Positions 18,965 through 29,403 of a stretch of 64,000 nucleotides of DNA are shown piece after piece. Position 1 is the stretch's first letter. The number at the start of each line of letters is the position of its first letter. The translations under genes were made by a program, and so were the position numbers. Source of the stretch: Candidatus Alkanophaga volatiphilum (GTDB lineage Archaea; Halobacteriota; Syntropharchaeia; Alkanophagales; B39-G2); the NCBI GenBank assembly GCA_029259545.1, contig JAPHEE010000001.1, positions 40,474 to 104,473 of the forward strand, in the 5' to 3' direction. The notes under the pieces were generated by a model. It was not told the DNA's origin. It made no database searches and saw only the letters and a list, made by a program, of their open reading frames with translations.

Positions 18965-19390
18965 CTATTCTTGTTGTTTAACCCGCTCGCCTTCGCCGTA
19001 GAACAGCGCTAAAGCCCGCATTGGACAGGCGTTTATGCAGACGCCACACTGCACGCATTTGCCTTCGTCGAGGGTGACTCGCCAGTCGGCGTCGAAGCGG
19101 AATACGCCTTTCGGGCATATAGAGACGCAGGCGCCGCAGTGCACGCATCGCGTTTCGTCCCAGACGATCAGCTTTTTTAGAATTCGCACCTCGACGCCCC
19201 GCTCCTTAAAGAGCTCAACGACTCGCCTCGCCTTGTCATCCGGAACGTCGACAACCACTTCTGCGTGGACGGCGTCTACGTATGCTCGGTCTATGTTTAT
19301 TTTTGCGCCGGTTTCGAGGATGATCTCGGCGGTGTACGGGCGCTCGTGCAGATGTGATGGGAACCTTAAAAGCAGCTTCATCCCACTCAC
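18965..19390 (-). CDS. NIL-domain / 2x[4Fe-4S] ferredoxin protein (homocysteine biosynthesis partner, MA1822-like)
   Basis: NIL-like N-domain plus CVHCGACVSICP and CVQCGVCINACP motifs. It overlaps the COG1900 gene by 4 nt. Confidence 0.7.
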   Translation of the reverse strand: MSGMKLLLRFPSHLHERPYTAEIILETGAKINIDRAYVDAVHAEVVVDVPDDKARRVVELFKERGVEVRILKKLIVWDETRCVHCGACVSICPKGVFRFDADWRVTLDEGKCVQCGVCINACPMRALALFYGEGERVKQQE

Positions 19391-20886
19391 CTGCCAACGA
19401 GCTTACTTATCTGGTCGCTAGTCACCATCCCCAAGACGTGTCCTTCGTCGTCGACGACGGGCATTGCGGAAATGTCGAACTGCTCAAATTTGCGTACGAC
19501 GATGTCCACAGGTTCGTCCGGCTTTGCAGTTACCACTCTTCTCGTCATGATCTTATCAAGAGTGTTGTACTTAAAAGCGACAGCGAGGGAGATGTCCCAG
19601 GCGGTGACGATGCCCACGAGCTTGTTCTTCGCATCCACCACCGGTATGTGCGTGAATTTGCCCTTGACGATCGCCTTCGCCACGTCTTCCAAGCTCGCAT
19701 CCTCCCGCACCACCTTGAACTCTCTGGACATGACGTCCCTGACCAAGGGCAGCTCTCTCGTCTGCTTCATGGGCTTCGTCTCGCCTACGGTTGGCAACCT
19801 CGCCACCGGTTCTGTTAGCAGGAACTCGCCGCGCTCTATCTGCCGCTTCAGCTCCTCCGCGACCCGCCTCGCCATGTAGAAGCTCGAAAGCGGCGCCGTC
19901 GGCACTTCTCTCCCTTCGATCTCTATGCTCCCCGACTTCAACTCCGCATACGTCACCATTCTGACCACGGGGCGATCTCTTCTCGGAACCCCGTAGTCGA
20001 TGACTTCAGTGACGATTTCGGCGTCGGAGACGCCGGTGCGTTTTGCAATTTCCTCGTTTAATATGGGTATTGGGACACTTATGCCCAAATAGAGCGTGAC
20101 GCCGTATTTGTAGAAAACTGCAGCTCTCAAAAACTCCCTCTTCATCTCCTTTAAGTCCCCTATCACCATAAGGGTGCCTTTCCCCTTCACAGGTTCGTGC
20201 TGGGTGCCGGCGCCGATGATGTACCCGTGGGCGCCGCCGATGAGAATGCGGGTGCCCACGCCGATCGTCTCGTACTCCGGGTCGTTGCACAGGGGCGAGA
20301 GCGCCCCGGCGCCGCAGAACGTCGCGTTCCCGTAGTTGGGGAGCAGCGTGCCCATGTATGTATAGAGTGTGCGGTCTGAGGAGTTCGTCGCCGCGTTATA
20401 CCGCTGGTAGGCGTTTCGGGGGTTGACCATGACGGCTTGGTTGAGGTCGGCGAGGGTGATTTCGGTCTCGATGCTCTTCCGGGGGTAGCAGTCGGTGCCG
20501 TGCGCGACCGCCCGCAGCTCTATCTCCTCGCCGGCGACCAGCTCCTCGATGACGTGGGCGCCGCCGTATTCGGGGTTGCGTTCTGAGGGCTGCGTCGCCC
20601 CGAGGTACGCGTCGACCGCCGCGATTCCGGCGTAGGCTTCGACGCCGTTCAGCCAGACCCGCCGCATTTTGATCGGGGGGTCGGCGTGCCCGAAGTTCAG
20701 AAACACGCCGCTCGAACACATAGCGCCGAACGTCCCCGTCGTCACCACGTCCACCTCGCGGGCTGCCCTCTCCGCGCCGAGCTCACGGACGAGCGCCGCC
20801 ATCTCGTCCGCGGTCACCACCGAAACGCTGCCGTCTTTTATTTTCTCGTTAATTTCGGCGATGCTCTTTTTGACTTTGAAGTCCAT
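19387..20886 (-). CDS. COG1900 (DUF39) + tandem CBS protein, sulfide-dependent homocysteine biosynthesis (MA1821-like)
   Basis: 499 aa. DUF39-type N-terminal region (VVTTGTFGAMCSSGVFLNFGHADPPIKM) with two C-terminal CBS domains. Confidence 0.75.
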   Translation of the reverse strand: MDFKVKKSIAEINEKIKDGSVSVVTADEMAALVRELGAERAAREVDVVTTGTFGAMCSSGVFLNFGHADPPIKMRRVWLNGVEAYAGIAAVDAYLGATQPSERNPEYGGAHVIEELVAGEEIELRAVAHGTDCYPRKSIETEITLADLNQAVMVNPRNAYQRYNAATNSSDRTLYTYMGTLLPNYGNATFCGAGALSPLCNDPEYETIGVGTRILIGGAHGYIIGAGTQHEPVKGKGTLMVIGDLKEMKREFLRAAVFYKYGVTLYLGISVPIPILNEEIAKRTGVSDAEIVTEVIDYGVPRRDRPVVRMVTYAELKSGSIEIEGREVPTAPLSSFYMARRVAEELKRQIERGEFLLTEPVARLPTVGETKPMKQTRELPLVRDVMSREFKVVREDASLEDVAKAIVKGKFTHIPVVDAKNKLVGIVTAWDISLAVAFKYNTLDKIMTRRVVTAKPDEPVDIVVRKFEQFDISAMPVVDDEGHVLGMVTSDQISKLVGR

Positions 20887-20989
20887 GCCTCTGCTTTTGT
20901 CACCTCCAACCTTAAATGTTACACCCGGTCGAACCTGAGACGCAATGCTTTTAAAGGGTTAAGGGGAAAGGGGGGAGAGGGGTGTTGGG

Positions 20990-22039
20990 ATGAATGCTTA
21001 CGAGCGTGTGATGGCGGTCTTGGAGGGGCGTAAGGACGAGATCGACAGGCTGCCGTGCGTGAACACGGTTTCGACGGCGACAAGGGAGTTCATGGAGGCG
21101 ACCGGTGCATTCTTCCCGGATGCGCATAAGGACGCTGAGAAGATGGCGAAGCTCGGCGCCGCTGCGCACAGGATCTGCGGCTTGGACAACGTGTCGATCC
21201 CGTTTGACATGACGATCGAGGCTGAGGTCTTCGGCGCACCCATTGATTTTAAGGAGCGGGCTGCGAAGAAGGGGCGTTTCCTGTGGCCGATGAGCAAGCG
21301 TTTCATCCTTGATGATCCTGCGCACTTCTTCGTGCCTGACGGTTTTCCGAGGTTAAAACGTGTGGAAGTCGTCGAGAAAGCTATAAAAATGCTGAAGGAG
21401 GAGTTCGGCGGGAAGGTGCCGGTGAACGTCTTCATGGTGCCGCCGTTCACGAGCCTCAGCAGTTATCTCGTGGACACTGTGAAGTTCATGATGTGGACGA
21501 GAAGCGAGCCGCAGAAGGTGCATGAGTTCATGAAGGCGGCGACGCCCAAGTACATCGAGATTGCGAAGGTTTACGAGGAGGCGGGCGCCGACATAATAAC
21601 GTTCCACGAGATGGGCGGCTCCATGGACAACGTCTCGCCGGATGCGTGGCGGGAGTTTGTGGGTCCCTACCTCAAAGAGCTTATCGGCTCGATAAAGGGG
21701 TGCAAGACCGTCCTTAACATCTGCGGCAGGACCGAGATGATCATCGAGGACATGGTGAAGGTCGGCGCTGACGCGATAGTCTTCGACGAGCGTACGAGGG
21801 TTAGTGTTGCAAGAGAGAAGGCAGATTCTGTGAAGAAGGGCTATCCGATCATCGGGAACATCCCGGCGAAGCAGGTCATACATGCCGGCGACGCCGAGCT
21901 GATAAGGAAGTTCGTGAAGAGAGCCATCGACGAGGGCGTGGACATGGTTTCACCGGGCTGCGACTTCTGGATCGAGACGCCCGCCGAGAAGATAAAGATA
22001 TTCGTGAGCGCCGTCGAGGAGTTCGGCAAGAGACAGTAA
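20990..22039 (+). CDS. uroporphyrinogen-decarboxylase-family methyltransferase (MtaA/MtbA/CmuA-like)
   Basis: 349 aa. URO-D fold signature (IPFDMTIEAEVFG ... ITFHEMGGS ... ICGRT). Confidence 0.65.
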   Translation: MNAYERVMAVLEGRKDEIDRLPCVNTVSTATREFMEATGAFFPDAHKDAEKMAKLGAAAHRICGLDNVSIPFDMTIEAEVFGAPIDFKERAAKKGRFLWPMSKRFILDDPAHFFVPDGFPRLKRVEVVEKAIKMLKEEFGGKVPVNVFMVPPFTSLSSYLVDTVKFMMWTRSEPQKVHEFMKAATPKYIEIAKVYEEAGADIITFHEMGGSMDNVSPDAWREFVGPYLKELIGSIKGCKTVLNICGRTEMIIEDMVKVGADAIVFDERTRVSVAREKADSVKKGYPIIGNIPAKQVIHAGDAELIRKFVKRAIDEGVDMVSPGCDFWIETPAEKIKIFVSAVEEFGKRQ

Positions 22040-22042
22040 TTT

Positions 22043-22933
22043 ATGAAGCTCCAATACGACTGCATACCCTGCCTTTTCGACAGGGCGAAATTCGAGTGCG
22101 ACCTTGCGTTTGGGAAGGGGAACGAAGAAGCCAAGAAGAGGGCGCTGAGGGAACTTCTCGTGTTTTTGCTGGAGCATTACGAGGACGCCCCGCCGTCGCT
22201 CGTCGGCACGCAGCGCGAGCGCATCATACAGAAATTCAGCCGTAGGGACGTGTTTTCTGAGATAAAGGAGAGGAGTTACCGAACTGCGCTCGAGATCCTG
22301 CCGGCGGCTGTGGAGTTTTACAAGAGCAGCGAGGACAAGCTCGAAGCCCTGATGAGGATAGCGGCGGCGGCGAACTCCATGGAGTACGGTGTCAAAGATC
22401 ACCGCTTCGACGACGAGACTTTCAAAAGAGAGTTTCGCAGCGTGCTTTCCGAGAAGCTGAATTCGAACCTTGTGGAGATAAGGGGGGCGTTCGAGCGTTA
22501 CGACAGGGTTTTGTACCTGACGGACAACGCCGGCGAGATAATATTTGACGTTTTCGTGGCGAACGCCCTTGAGGGCATGGGGAAGCGTGTGGTGCTCTCG
22601 CCGAAGAGCGCGCCGGTGCTGAACGATGCGACCGCGGACGAGCTTCGCAGCTACGAGGCGGAGCTGCGGCGACGTGGGCTGAAAATCCCGGAGGTCGTGC
22701 CGAGCGGCGCGTGCATCGGCGTCTGCTTGGAGGAGGCGGATGAGGCGTTCCTGAAAATTTTCTGGGACGACAGCTTTTTGATACTTGCGAAGGGCATGGG
22801 CAACTACGAGGCGCTCTCGGAGTTTGATGAGAAGCTTGAAGGCAGGCTGATATACGTTTTCAGGGCGAAGTGCGAGCCCGTCGCAAGGAGCGTCGGCGTG
22901 CGGCGGGGCGAGCTCGTGGCGAGGCTCGTCTAG
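22043..22933 (+). CDS. DUF89 / damage-control phosphatase (ARMT1-like)
   Basis: MKLQYDCIPCLFDRA N-terminus and a DNAGEIIFD motif. Confidence 0.7.
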   Translation: MKLQYDCIPCLFDRAKFECDLAFGKGNEEAKKRALRELLVFLLEHYEDAPPSLVGTQRERIIQKFSRRDVFSEIKERSYRTALEILPAAVEFYKSSEDKLEALMRIAAAANSMEYGVKDHRFDDETFKREFRSVLSEKLNSNLVEIRGAFERYDRVLYLTDNAGEIIFDVFVANALEGMGKRVVLSPKSAPVLNDATADELRSYEAELRRRGLKIPEVVPSGACIGVCLEEADEAFLKIFWDDSFLILAKGMGNYEALSEFDEKLEGRLIYVFRAKCEPVARSVGVRRGELVARLV

Positions 22934-22968
22934 TTCATGCTACGCCGCCAAAACCGGGCGTCCTTGAG

Positions 22969-23754
22969 ATGCTGACGTTTGTGGGGCTCGGCTTGCACGA
23001 CGAAGCCGACATCACGCTGAAGGGTTTGAGGGCGGTGCGTGAGGCTGATGTCGTCTTTGCGGAGTTCTACACGTCGAGGCTCGCAGGCACGACGCTTGAG
23101 AGGCTGGAGGCGGCGTTGGGCAGGAGGATAAGGGTGCTCACGAGGGAGGATGTGGAGAAGCGGGCGGAGGAGGTGATTCTGAGGGAGGCGAGGGAGAAGA
23201 AGGTTGTACTGCTGTGCGGCGGCGACCCGATGGCGGCGACGACGCACATAGATCTAAGGCTGCGAGCTATCGACATGGGTATCGAGACGAGAGTGATACA
23301 CGCGCCGTCGATATACTCGGCGGCGCCCGGGATTTGCGGCTTGCAGAGCTACAAGTTCGGGAAGTCCGCGACGATAGCTCCGCCCTACAGGGGACGCATC
23401 CCCGAGACGCCTTACGACACGATAATGCTCAACAGGAAGCACGGGCTGCACACGCTGCTCCTCCTCGACGTTTCGATGACGATTCGTGAGGGCATAGAGC
23501 TGCTCCTCGGCATCGAAGCGCAGAAGCGGCGGCGGGGCGAGGCGACCTGTAATATCGGGCGCATTCCGTTCGTGGGCATCGCAAGAGCGGGAGCGGAGAA
23601 GCCGATAGTGCGGGCGGATCTGCCTGCGGCGCTTAAGGAGTACGACTTCGGAGAGCCGCCGCACACGCTCGTTGCGGTCGGCGATCTCCATTTCGTCGAG
23701 AAGGAAGCTTTGATGAGGCTTGCGGGGGCGCCCCCGGAGATACTTGGGCCTTGA
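22969..23754 (+). CDS. dph5: diphthine synthase
   Basis: MLTFVGLGLHDEADITLKGL...AEFYTS tetrapyrrole-methylase-fold N-terminus. The internal ATG 22969 is chosen. Confidence 0.85.
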   Translation: MLTFVGLGLHDEADITLKGLRAVREADVVFAEFYTSRLAGTTLERLEAALGRRIRVLTREDVEKRAEEVILREAREKKVVLLCGGDPMAATTHIDLRLRAIDMGIETRVIHAPSIYSAAPGICGLQSYKFGKSATIAPPYRGRIPETPYDTIMLNRKHGLHTLLLLDVSMTIREGIELLLGIEAQKRRRGEATCNIGRIPFVGIARAGAEKPIVRADLPAALKEYDFGEPPHTLVAVGDLHFVEKEALMRLAGAPPEILGP

Positions 23755-23905
23755 TGGTAGTTAGCGGCATGGAACGCCGCTCGCGTTATGGATAGTGAGG
23801 ATGGGCTATGAGCGTTTTTAAGCGTCCTCGCTCAAAACGAACTCAAATCACCTGCACATCAACATGCACATCAAATTTTAAACTGCACTATTGTTGGTCT
23901 TTGAT

Positions 23906-25929
23906 CTTTCAATCCCACCTTGGTCTGATTTCTTCTCCTCAGGTGCGACCCGAATGATGTCGCCTATTTCTACCTTTCAATCCCACCTTGGTCTGATTTC
24001 TTCTTGCGAGTCCACGAGCGCTTGAACGAGTTCCGCAGGCTTTCAATCCCACCTTGGTCTGATTTCTTCGAGAACTACGTGCCGGCGTGGCTCGCTCTTG
24101 CGAACGCTTTCAATCCCACCTTGGTCTGATTTCTTCTTCTCCATCAGCTTCAAGGTCGAGGAGGACGAGCTCCTTTCAATCCCACCTTGGTCTGATTTCT
24201 TCGTCACTCCAGTTGCGAATTCCCCACGCGTGGAGCGGCTTTCAATCCCACCTTGGTCTGATTTCTTCCAAGCGCTATCGAGGACACAGAATCCCTTTGC
24301 CAGACTTTCAATCCCACCTTGGTCTGATTTCTTCTCGTTTACAGAGTTGCGAAGATCGAAGCGTGCTTGACTTTCAATCCCACCTTGGTCTGATTTCTTC
24401 GCGAAACGCTCAAGGAGGTCGCAAAGAAGTTCGGCGCTTTCAATCCCACCTTGGTCTGATTTCTTCGAAACGTGGAGAGGGCGTGCCACGTCAGGGCTGC
24501 GTCTTTCAATCCCACCTTGGTCTGATTTCTTCGGAATTACGAGGTTTCGGACTTGCTCGTCGGCATTCAAGCTTTCAATCCCACCTTGGTCTGATTTCTT
24601 CTCGCTCAGCGGCACGACGACACATCCGTCGTTCTCCCTGCTTTCAATCCCACCTTGGTCTGATTTCTTCGCATCGTCGGCGTGCACAGAGTGCCGTATC
24701 TGAACTTCTTTCAATCCCACCTTGGTCTGATTTCTTCCGTGATGGAGGACTACGAAAATGCAAGAATGCTCCCTTTCAATCCCACCTTGGTCTGATTTCT
24801 TCTACGATAGGGAGATGAAATCTCACCTACCATGACATTCTTTCAATCCCACCTTGGTCTGATTTCTTCTTATTCGTAAACATATCCTTCTTTGACCGCT
24901 ACTTTGCTTTCAATCCCACCTTGGTCTGATTTCTTCACTTTGACCCAACCCCTAAATCAACTGCACTTGACACTTTCAATCCCACCTTGGTCTGATTTCT
25001 TCATGATTGCATCCTCCGCCTGTCTTTCAGCATGATCACTTTCAATCCCACCTTGGTCTGATTTCTTCGAGGTGAGTGTGTTGGACAAGCTTGTCATCAT
25101 TCTCTTTCAATCCCACCTTGGTCTGATTTCTTCGAGTTCCTTCTGGGTAGGGTGAAAGCCGTAAAACACCCTTTCAATCCCACCTTGGTCTGATTTCTTC
25201 GGCGACTGGAGCCTCGTCGAAGTTCAGGAGCAGGTCGCTTTCAATCCCACCTTGGTCTGATTTCTTCTGGCGGAGCTGGCGGCAGTATGCTTCTATAACG
25301 TCCTTTCAATCCCACCTTGGTCTGATTTCTTCAAGGCTATCCCGAAGATGCCGAGCAGGATTCTTGCCGCTTTCAATCCCACCTTGGTCTGATTTCTTCT
25401 GGCTCGCCGACATGCCGCCAAGTGATAACCGATGCCTTTCAATCCCACCTTGGTCTGATTTCTTCCGGACCGAAACGCTCATGCTGATGCTTGACCGCAC
25501 CTTTCAATCCCACCTTGGTCTGATTTCTTCAAGCTTTACTAACGTATCTGCCGACACTAACCGACTCTTTCAATCCCACCTTGGTCTGATTTCTTCCTGC
25601 AAACAAGCAAGGCAGACACGATGTAGTTGCACCTTTCAATCCCACCTTGGTCTGATTTCTTCTCTTGTTGCGGTTTTACTGCTTTTCTCTCTAATCGTCT
25701 TTCAATCCCACCTTGGTCTGATTTCTTCGGACAAGCGGGTGCTTGCGTTCCTGCTGGCTCACGACTTTCAATCCCACCTTGGTCTGATTTCTTCACAAAA
25801 TAAGAGAGAACTTGTGGCGGTTAGACGAGAAAGCTTTCAATCCCACCTTGGTCTGATTTCTTCCCTCACAACCCTCGAAACCGTCAATCTAATTACGCTC
25901 TTTCAATCCCACCTTGGTCTGATTTCTTC
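23906..25929 (-). CRISPR. CRISPR array, 31 identical 30-nt repeats, 30 spacers of 35-39 nt
   Basis: The repeat CTTTCAATCCCACCTTGGTCTGATTTCTTC was located by hand at 31 positions. Its reverse complement ends in ATTGAAAG, the canonical 8-nt crRNA 5' handle. Transcription is therefore inferred on the minus strand, with the leader at the 25930 side. Confidence 0.95.
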
Positions 25930-26045
25930 AGGCGCGTTTCTTTTGCTCGTGCTTGGTTTGCGGTTATGCGGGGGCTCCATATAAAGCTTTTCACTCGCAT
26001 CGTCGGTTCCCGCCCCCATATATAAAGAACCTAGACTCTCTTCGC
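25930..26045 (-). promoter_or_regulatory. CRISPR leader with two TATA-like boxes
   Basis: The minus strand reads GGTTCTTTATATATGG ... AAGCTTTATATGG ... GCGCCT and then the first repeat. It is homologous to 62935-63041. Confidence 0.6.
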
Positions 26046-26502
26046 ACGGCTTTCTCTGCGTTTACGGGCGTCACACCGAGTTTTCCACGACTTCAGCGAG
26101 TTCGTGGGGGGGAGCGTCCGGTGCGACTCCGCCCGCCAGCCTTAAACCGTCGCTCTGGGCATTTTTCACACCGCCCCGCAAGTTCGTATTACCGGCGTGA
26201 CGATCCCAGATGCCATCTTGGCGGGTTTCCCGCAAATTCGCCGGTTTTGCGTCCGCCCCTTTGATAAACAGTAGTTTTACGCGGGGATTAAAGTATGAGG
26301 TTTCGTCGTCGGTATTGCAGAGCTCATGAGAGGGGCAAGAAACACATTTCCAGCTTAGACTTCTACTTCGGCGGTGATCCGCATAAGGATGAAAATCTGG
26401 GGAAGTGGAAAACAGACCAAGGTTAGCTCCCTAGCTGTAGACTGCCAAAGCGACGGGACGTTGCGCTGAAGAGCGGCTCTTGCCACACCTGTCCTGAGGA
26501 CT

Positions 26503-26977
26503 TTACGCCCCCTCAACGCTGATAGTTTCAGGCGTCACCATCCACAGCAGCGACCATTTCCCCTCTTCGCCTCGCTCCAAGCAAACGACGCCTGCTATTT
26601 TAAACTTTATTGGCTCTACGTCGTCCTTTCCGGTAAGAAGGAGCTTGCGAGCTTGCTGAGGTGCGGGAGGTGTCCCACGAGCATTATATCCTCGTCGGCA
26701 TTTCGCAACCGTCCAGCCCAGACCTTCAGGTCAGCTAGGGCTCCAGTGTATCGGTTTGCTCCACGCCTTTCGGAGGCTTTAGCGCGTCAGCCATGATTTC
26801 AGCGGTCTGTACTGCTCTCAATTTCCCACTGTGCAAAATCCGCTCGACACGAACAAATTTTGAAACGTAATTAGCTACCTTCTTTGCATCTTCCTTCCCT
26901 TTGTCGGTCAGCGGGCGGGCAGGGTCTTCCGCCCCGCTCCTCGCCTCCCCATGTTGAGCCGAATACACCCGCACCAT
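26503..26977 (-). pseudogene. SixA-like phosphohistidine phosphatase with two frameshifts
   Basis: MVRVYSAQHGEA...LEP stops at 26735. A second frame gives ADLKVW...IMLVGHLPHLSKLAS. A third frame gives LLLTGKDDVEPIKFKIAGVVCLERGEEGKWSLLWMVTPE. Confidence 0.55.
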
Positions 26978-27002
26978 GGTTTTAGATCGGTTCAGCAGCC
27001 AT

Positions 27003-27887
27003 TTATCGCTTGAGTGAGTCAAGAACACGCTCGTAAAGCTTCAAGAACTCAGCTCTCCACTCTTCCAGCTCTGAAGCGAAAGGCACCCCCTTCGAATACA
27101 GCCTTGCGATTTCAGGGTCGAGAGGTATTTTCATCAGGATTTCAATGTCTTCCTGCGTGCAGAATTCCTCTATTAGGGCATCACCCTCACCGCTCTTGTT
27201 AAGAACGACGGCAAACGGGATTCCCAGCTTATTTAGCGTATCTACCGCCAGCTTCAGGTCATATAAGCCGAAAGGCGTCGGCTCTGTGACAAGGATGCAG
27301 AAATCACTGCCGAGGACTGAGAAGATCATGGGGCATGCCGTGCCGGGCGGGGCGTCCACGATTATGGCGTGCTGAACGGACGCCGCCTTCCGCACAGCCT
27401 TTATTACAGGCACGGGCATAGGCTCACCGACGTTAAGTTCGCCGTAGGCGACGAAAATCTCTCCGCCATTGACGTGAGCAAGCCCCTTCTTCACGACACC
27501 CACCGCCCGCTCGTCCTCGATGATTGCGTTCCGCTCGCATACGATGGCGCAGCCGCCGCAGCCGTGGCAGAGCTGTGGGAAGACGAGGACGTCGCCGCTC
27601 ACGTTGCGCTCTGGCACGGGACGCACCACGAAAAGCGCATTGAACTCGCAAAACTTTGAGCATGCGCCGCAGAAGTCGCAACGTTCCTTTAAAATCCTCG
27701 GCGTCTTTATGCAGACTGTTTTGGTCTCAATAATTTCGGGCTTTAAGAAAAGGGCAACATTCGGCTCTTCTACGTCACAGTCAAGTAACGCAACGTTCTC
27801 GCCGGCTGAAGAAAGCGAGAGTGCAAGATTAACAGCGACCGTAGTTTTCCCAGTACCTCCCTTCCCGCTCGCCACTGAGATTATCAT
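27003..27887 (-). CDS. MinD/CooC-superfamily P-loop ATPase with inserted 4Fe-4S ferredoxin domain (COG1149-like)
   Basis: SGKGGTGKTT Walker A plus CDFCGACSKFC and CHGCGGCAIVC clusters. Confidence 0.8.
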   Translation of the reverse strand: MIISVASGKGGTGKTTVAVNLALSLSSAGENVALLDCDVEEPNVALFLKPEIIETKTVCIKTPRILKERCDFCGACSKFCEFNALFVVRPVPERNVSGDVLVFPQLCHGCGGCAIVCERNAIIEDERAVGVVKKGLAHVNGGEIFVAYGELNVGEPMPVPVIKAVRKAASVQHAIIVDAPPGTACPMIFSVLGSDFCILVTEPTPFGLYDLKLAVDTLNKLGIPFAVVLNKSGEGDALIEEFCTQEDIEILMKIPLDPEIARLYSKGVPFASELEEWRAEFLKLYERVLDSLKR

Positions 27888-28351
27888 CAGAAGTGCCAGA
27901 AGTGGCGCTCATTCCCGTGTCCGTGCCCATGCCTATGCTCCCTGCAGGTGTCCATTTCAGAAGCTTCCTTAAGCATTCTGGTTTGGAAGTCCCGTATGGC
28001 GTCCCTGACGGTGCCACTTGCGCCGACATAAACCTCGATGCCAAATTGTCGGAACATCGCAAGTGCTTTCGGACCTAAACCTTTACATAAGACTACAGAG
28101 ACGCCTTTCTCTGCTAGAATCTCGGGCGGGTATCCGGAGCCGCCGAAATGCTCGCTGTAATTTTGCAGGACTTCCACGTCGCCTGTTTCTAGATCCACAA
28201 TGGTGAACGTCGGCGCCCTGCCGAAGTGCTCGCAGACGAGGTCGTCGAGTCCCCCTCTGTATGTAGGGACTGCGACTCTGAACTTCGGGCGGTACGCTCT
28301 CGCCATAAGCTCTTGCAATTTCCTTTTGCGAATTGCCTCAAGTTCGTCCAT
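27887..28351 (-). CDS. NifX/NifB-C-terminal-like (dinitrogenase FeMo-cofactor-binding fold) protein with His-rich tail
   Basis: HFGRAPTFTIVDLETG motif. The C-terminal sequence is REHRHGHGHGNERH. Confidence 0.7.
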   Translation of the reverse strand: MDELEAIRKRKLQELMARAYRPKFRVAVPTYRGGLDDLVCEHFGRAPTFTIVDLETGDVEVLQNYSEHFGGSGYPPEILAEKGVSVVLCKGLGPKALAMFRQFGIEVYVGASGTVRDAIRDFQTRMLKEASEMDTCREHRHGHGHGNERHFWHF

Positions 28352-28386
28352 AGCTCTAAAATAAGAAGGGGGAAAATAAAAAAAAG

Positions 28387-28764
28387 TTACTTTTGAAGCT
28401 CTTCAAGTCGCTTCTTTATCTGCGACAGCGCTTCTTCAAGGGATTTCGCCTGCGCCTCGAGCATTGCGATTTCTTGCTCCCTGCTCATCGGCGGTGGTGA
28501 CCAGAGCGGCTGCGGTGGCGTTGCGGTCGGTGGTGTTGCCGTTGCGGTTGGTGGTGTTGTCGGGGGCGTCGTAGGCGCTGGGAACTGCGTCTGCAGGTAA
28601 GAGAGAAACTGCGGAAGCTGTCCAGTTTGCAGGATGTAGCCTGCCGCTGGCGGAAGTCCTGTTGGGCTTCTGCCGAGCCAGCCCGGCGAGAAGCCAAACC
28701 GCAGCCAGCCTGGAAGTCCAGTCAGTCTAAACATCCATCTCCAGCCGTAGCCCATCCGCATCAC
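28387..28764 (-). CDS. DUF5320-like protein (aromatic/Gly head, Pro/Thr linker, C-terminal coiled coil)
   Basis: MGYGWRWMFRL...TPPTTPPTATATPP...SREQEIAMLEAQAKSLEEALSQIKKRLEELQK. An AAGGAGGTG SD lies upstream. The real start may be ATG 28755. Confidence 0.6.
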   Translation of the reverse strand: MMRMGYGWRWMFRLTGLPGWLRFGFSPGWLGRSPTGLPPAAGYILQTGQLPQFLSYLQTQFPAPTTPPTTPPTATATPPTATPPQPLWSPPPMSREQEIAMLEAQAKSLEEALSQIKKRLEELQK

Positions 28765-28794
28765 CTCCTTTCAGTTTAGTTTATCTTGCTTGGC

Positions 28795-28980
28795 TTACCA
28801 GTACCACCATGGCGTCCACATCCACGCCCACGGCAGGCGGTACGGGTAGTACGCCGCCCACCAGCGCCAGCCGTAGTAGTAGGGCGTCCACCAGTACGCC
28901 CACCAGGGCCACCAGTAGGGCATCCACCACGGGAAGAGGAACCAGCCGAGGGGTCCGAGCCCGAACGGCACCTCCACCAC
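28795..28980 (-). CDS. Trp/Tyr-rich micro-protein (61 aa, 18 W, 9 Y)
   Basis: GGGAGGTGG SD and a GTG start 5 nt after the upstream stop. No coiled-coil tail. Coding status is inferred from operon packing only. Confidence 0.5.
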   Translation of the reverse strand: MVEVPFGLGPLGWFLFPWWMPYWWPWWAYWWTPYYYGWRWWAAYYPYRLPWAWMWTPWWYW

Positions 28981-28984
28981 CTCC

Positions 28985-29197
28985 CTACTCTTTTAACTCC
29001 TTAAGCCTCCTCTCGATCTCCTCCAGTCTCGCTTCGAGCGCTGCCTTCTCGCTTTCCAGCATTCGTATCTCGTCCTCCTTGCTCAACGCCCCTGGGGGAC
29101 CCCACGTCCACAGCCACGTCCACGGCTGCCACCACGGCTGCCACCACGACGAGAACCACCACGGCGATGCCCACCACCATGGAAGCCACGGTGGCAT
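28985..29197 (-). CDS. Trp-rich head + DUF5320-like coiled-coil tail micro-protein (70 aa)
   Basis: 14 W in the first 32 residues, then SKEDEIRMLESEKAALEARLEEIERRLKELKE. A TAGGAGGTGG SD lies 7 nt upstream of the ATG. Confidence 0.6.
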   Translation of the reverse strand: MPPWLPWWWASPWWFSSWWQPWWQPWTWLWTWGPPGALSKEDEIRMLESEKAALEARLEEIERRLKELKE

Positions 29198-29210
29198 TTT
29201 TAACCACCTC

Positions 29211-29402
29211 CTACACCGCCCTAACCATGGGGGTTCCGCACTTCGGGCAGGTCATCTGCCGGCACGGCACGCCACGCTGGTGCGGGATGCGATGCCCACA
29301 GTTCGGGCACTCGCACTCGCCGCTGGGTCCACGACCCATACCGCCCCAGCCTCCGCCGCCTCTGCCAGCACCCCTGCCCATGCCTGCGCCACGTCCTGCC
29401 AT
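29211..29402 (-). CDS. G/R-rich head + zinc-ribbon micro-protein (63 aa)
   Basis: MAGRGAGMGRGAGRGGGGWGGMGRG followed by CPNCG...CPKCG. A GGAGGTGG SD is present, and the ATG lies 1 nt after the upstream stop. Confidence 0.55.
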   Translation of the reverse strand: MAGRGAGMGRGAGRGGGGWGGMGRGPSGECECPNCGHRIPHQRGVPCRQMTCPKCGTPMVRAV

Positions 29403-29403
29403 G

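Noticed and set aside
24043-25984. ORFs with reiterated KKSDQGGIE / FQSHLGLISS / SIPPWSDFF motifs
   Set aside because: These are translations of the CRISPR repeat in different frames, not genes.
26404-26426. Degenerate CRISPR-repeat-like segment GGAAAACAGACCAAGGTTAGC, about 470 nt beyond the leader
   Set aside because: Only about 15 of 18 central positions match, the ATTGAAAG handle is absent, and it lies within a short ORF-like stretch. It could be an old repeat remnant, but the evidence is too thin to call.
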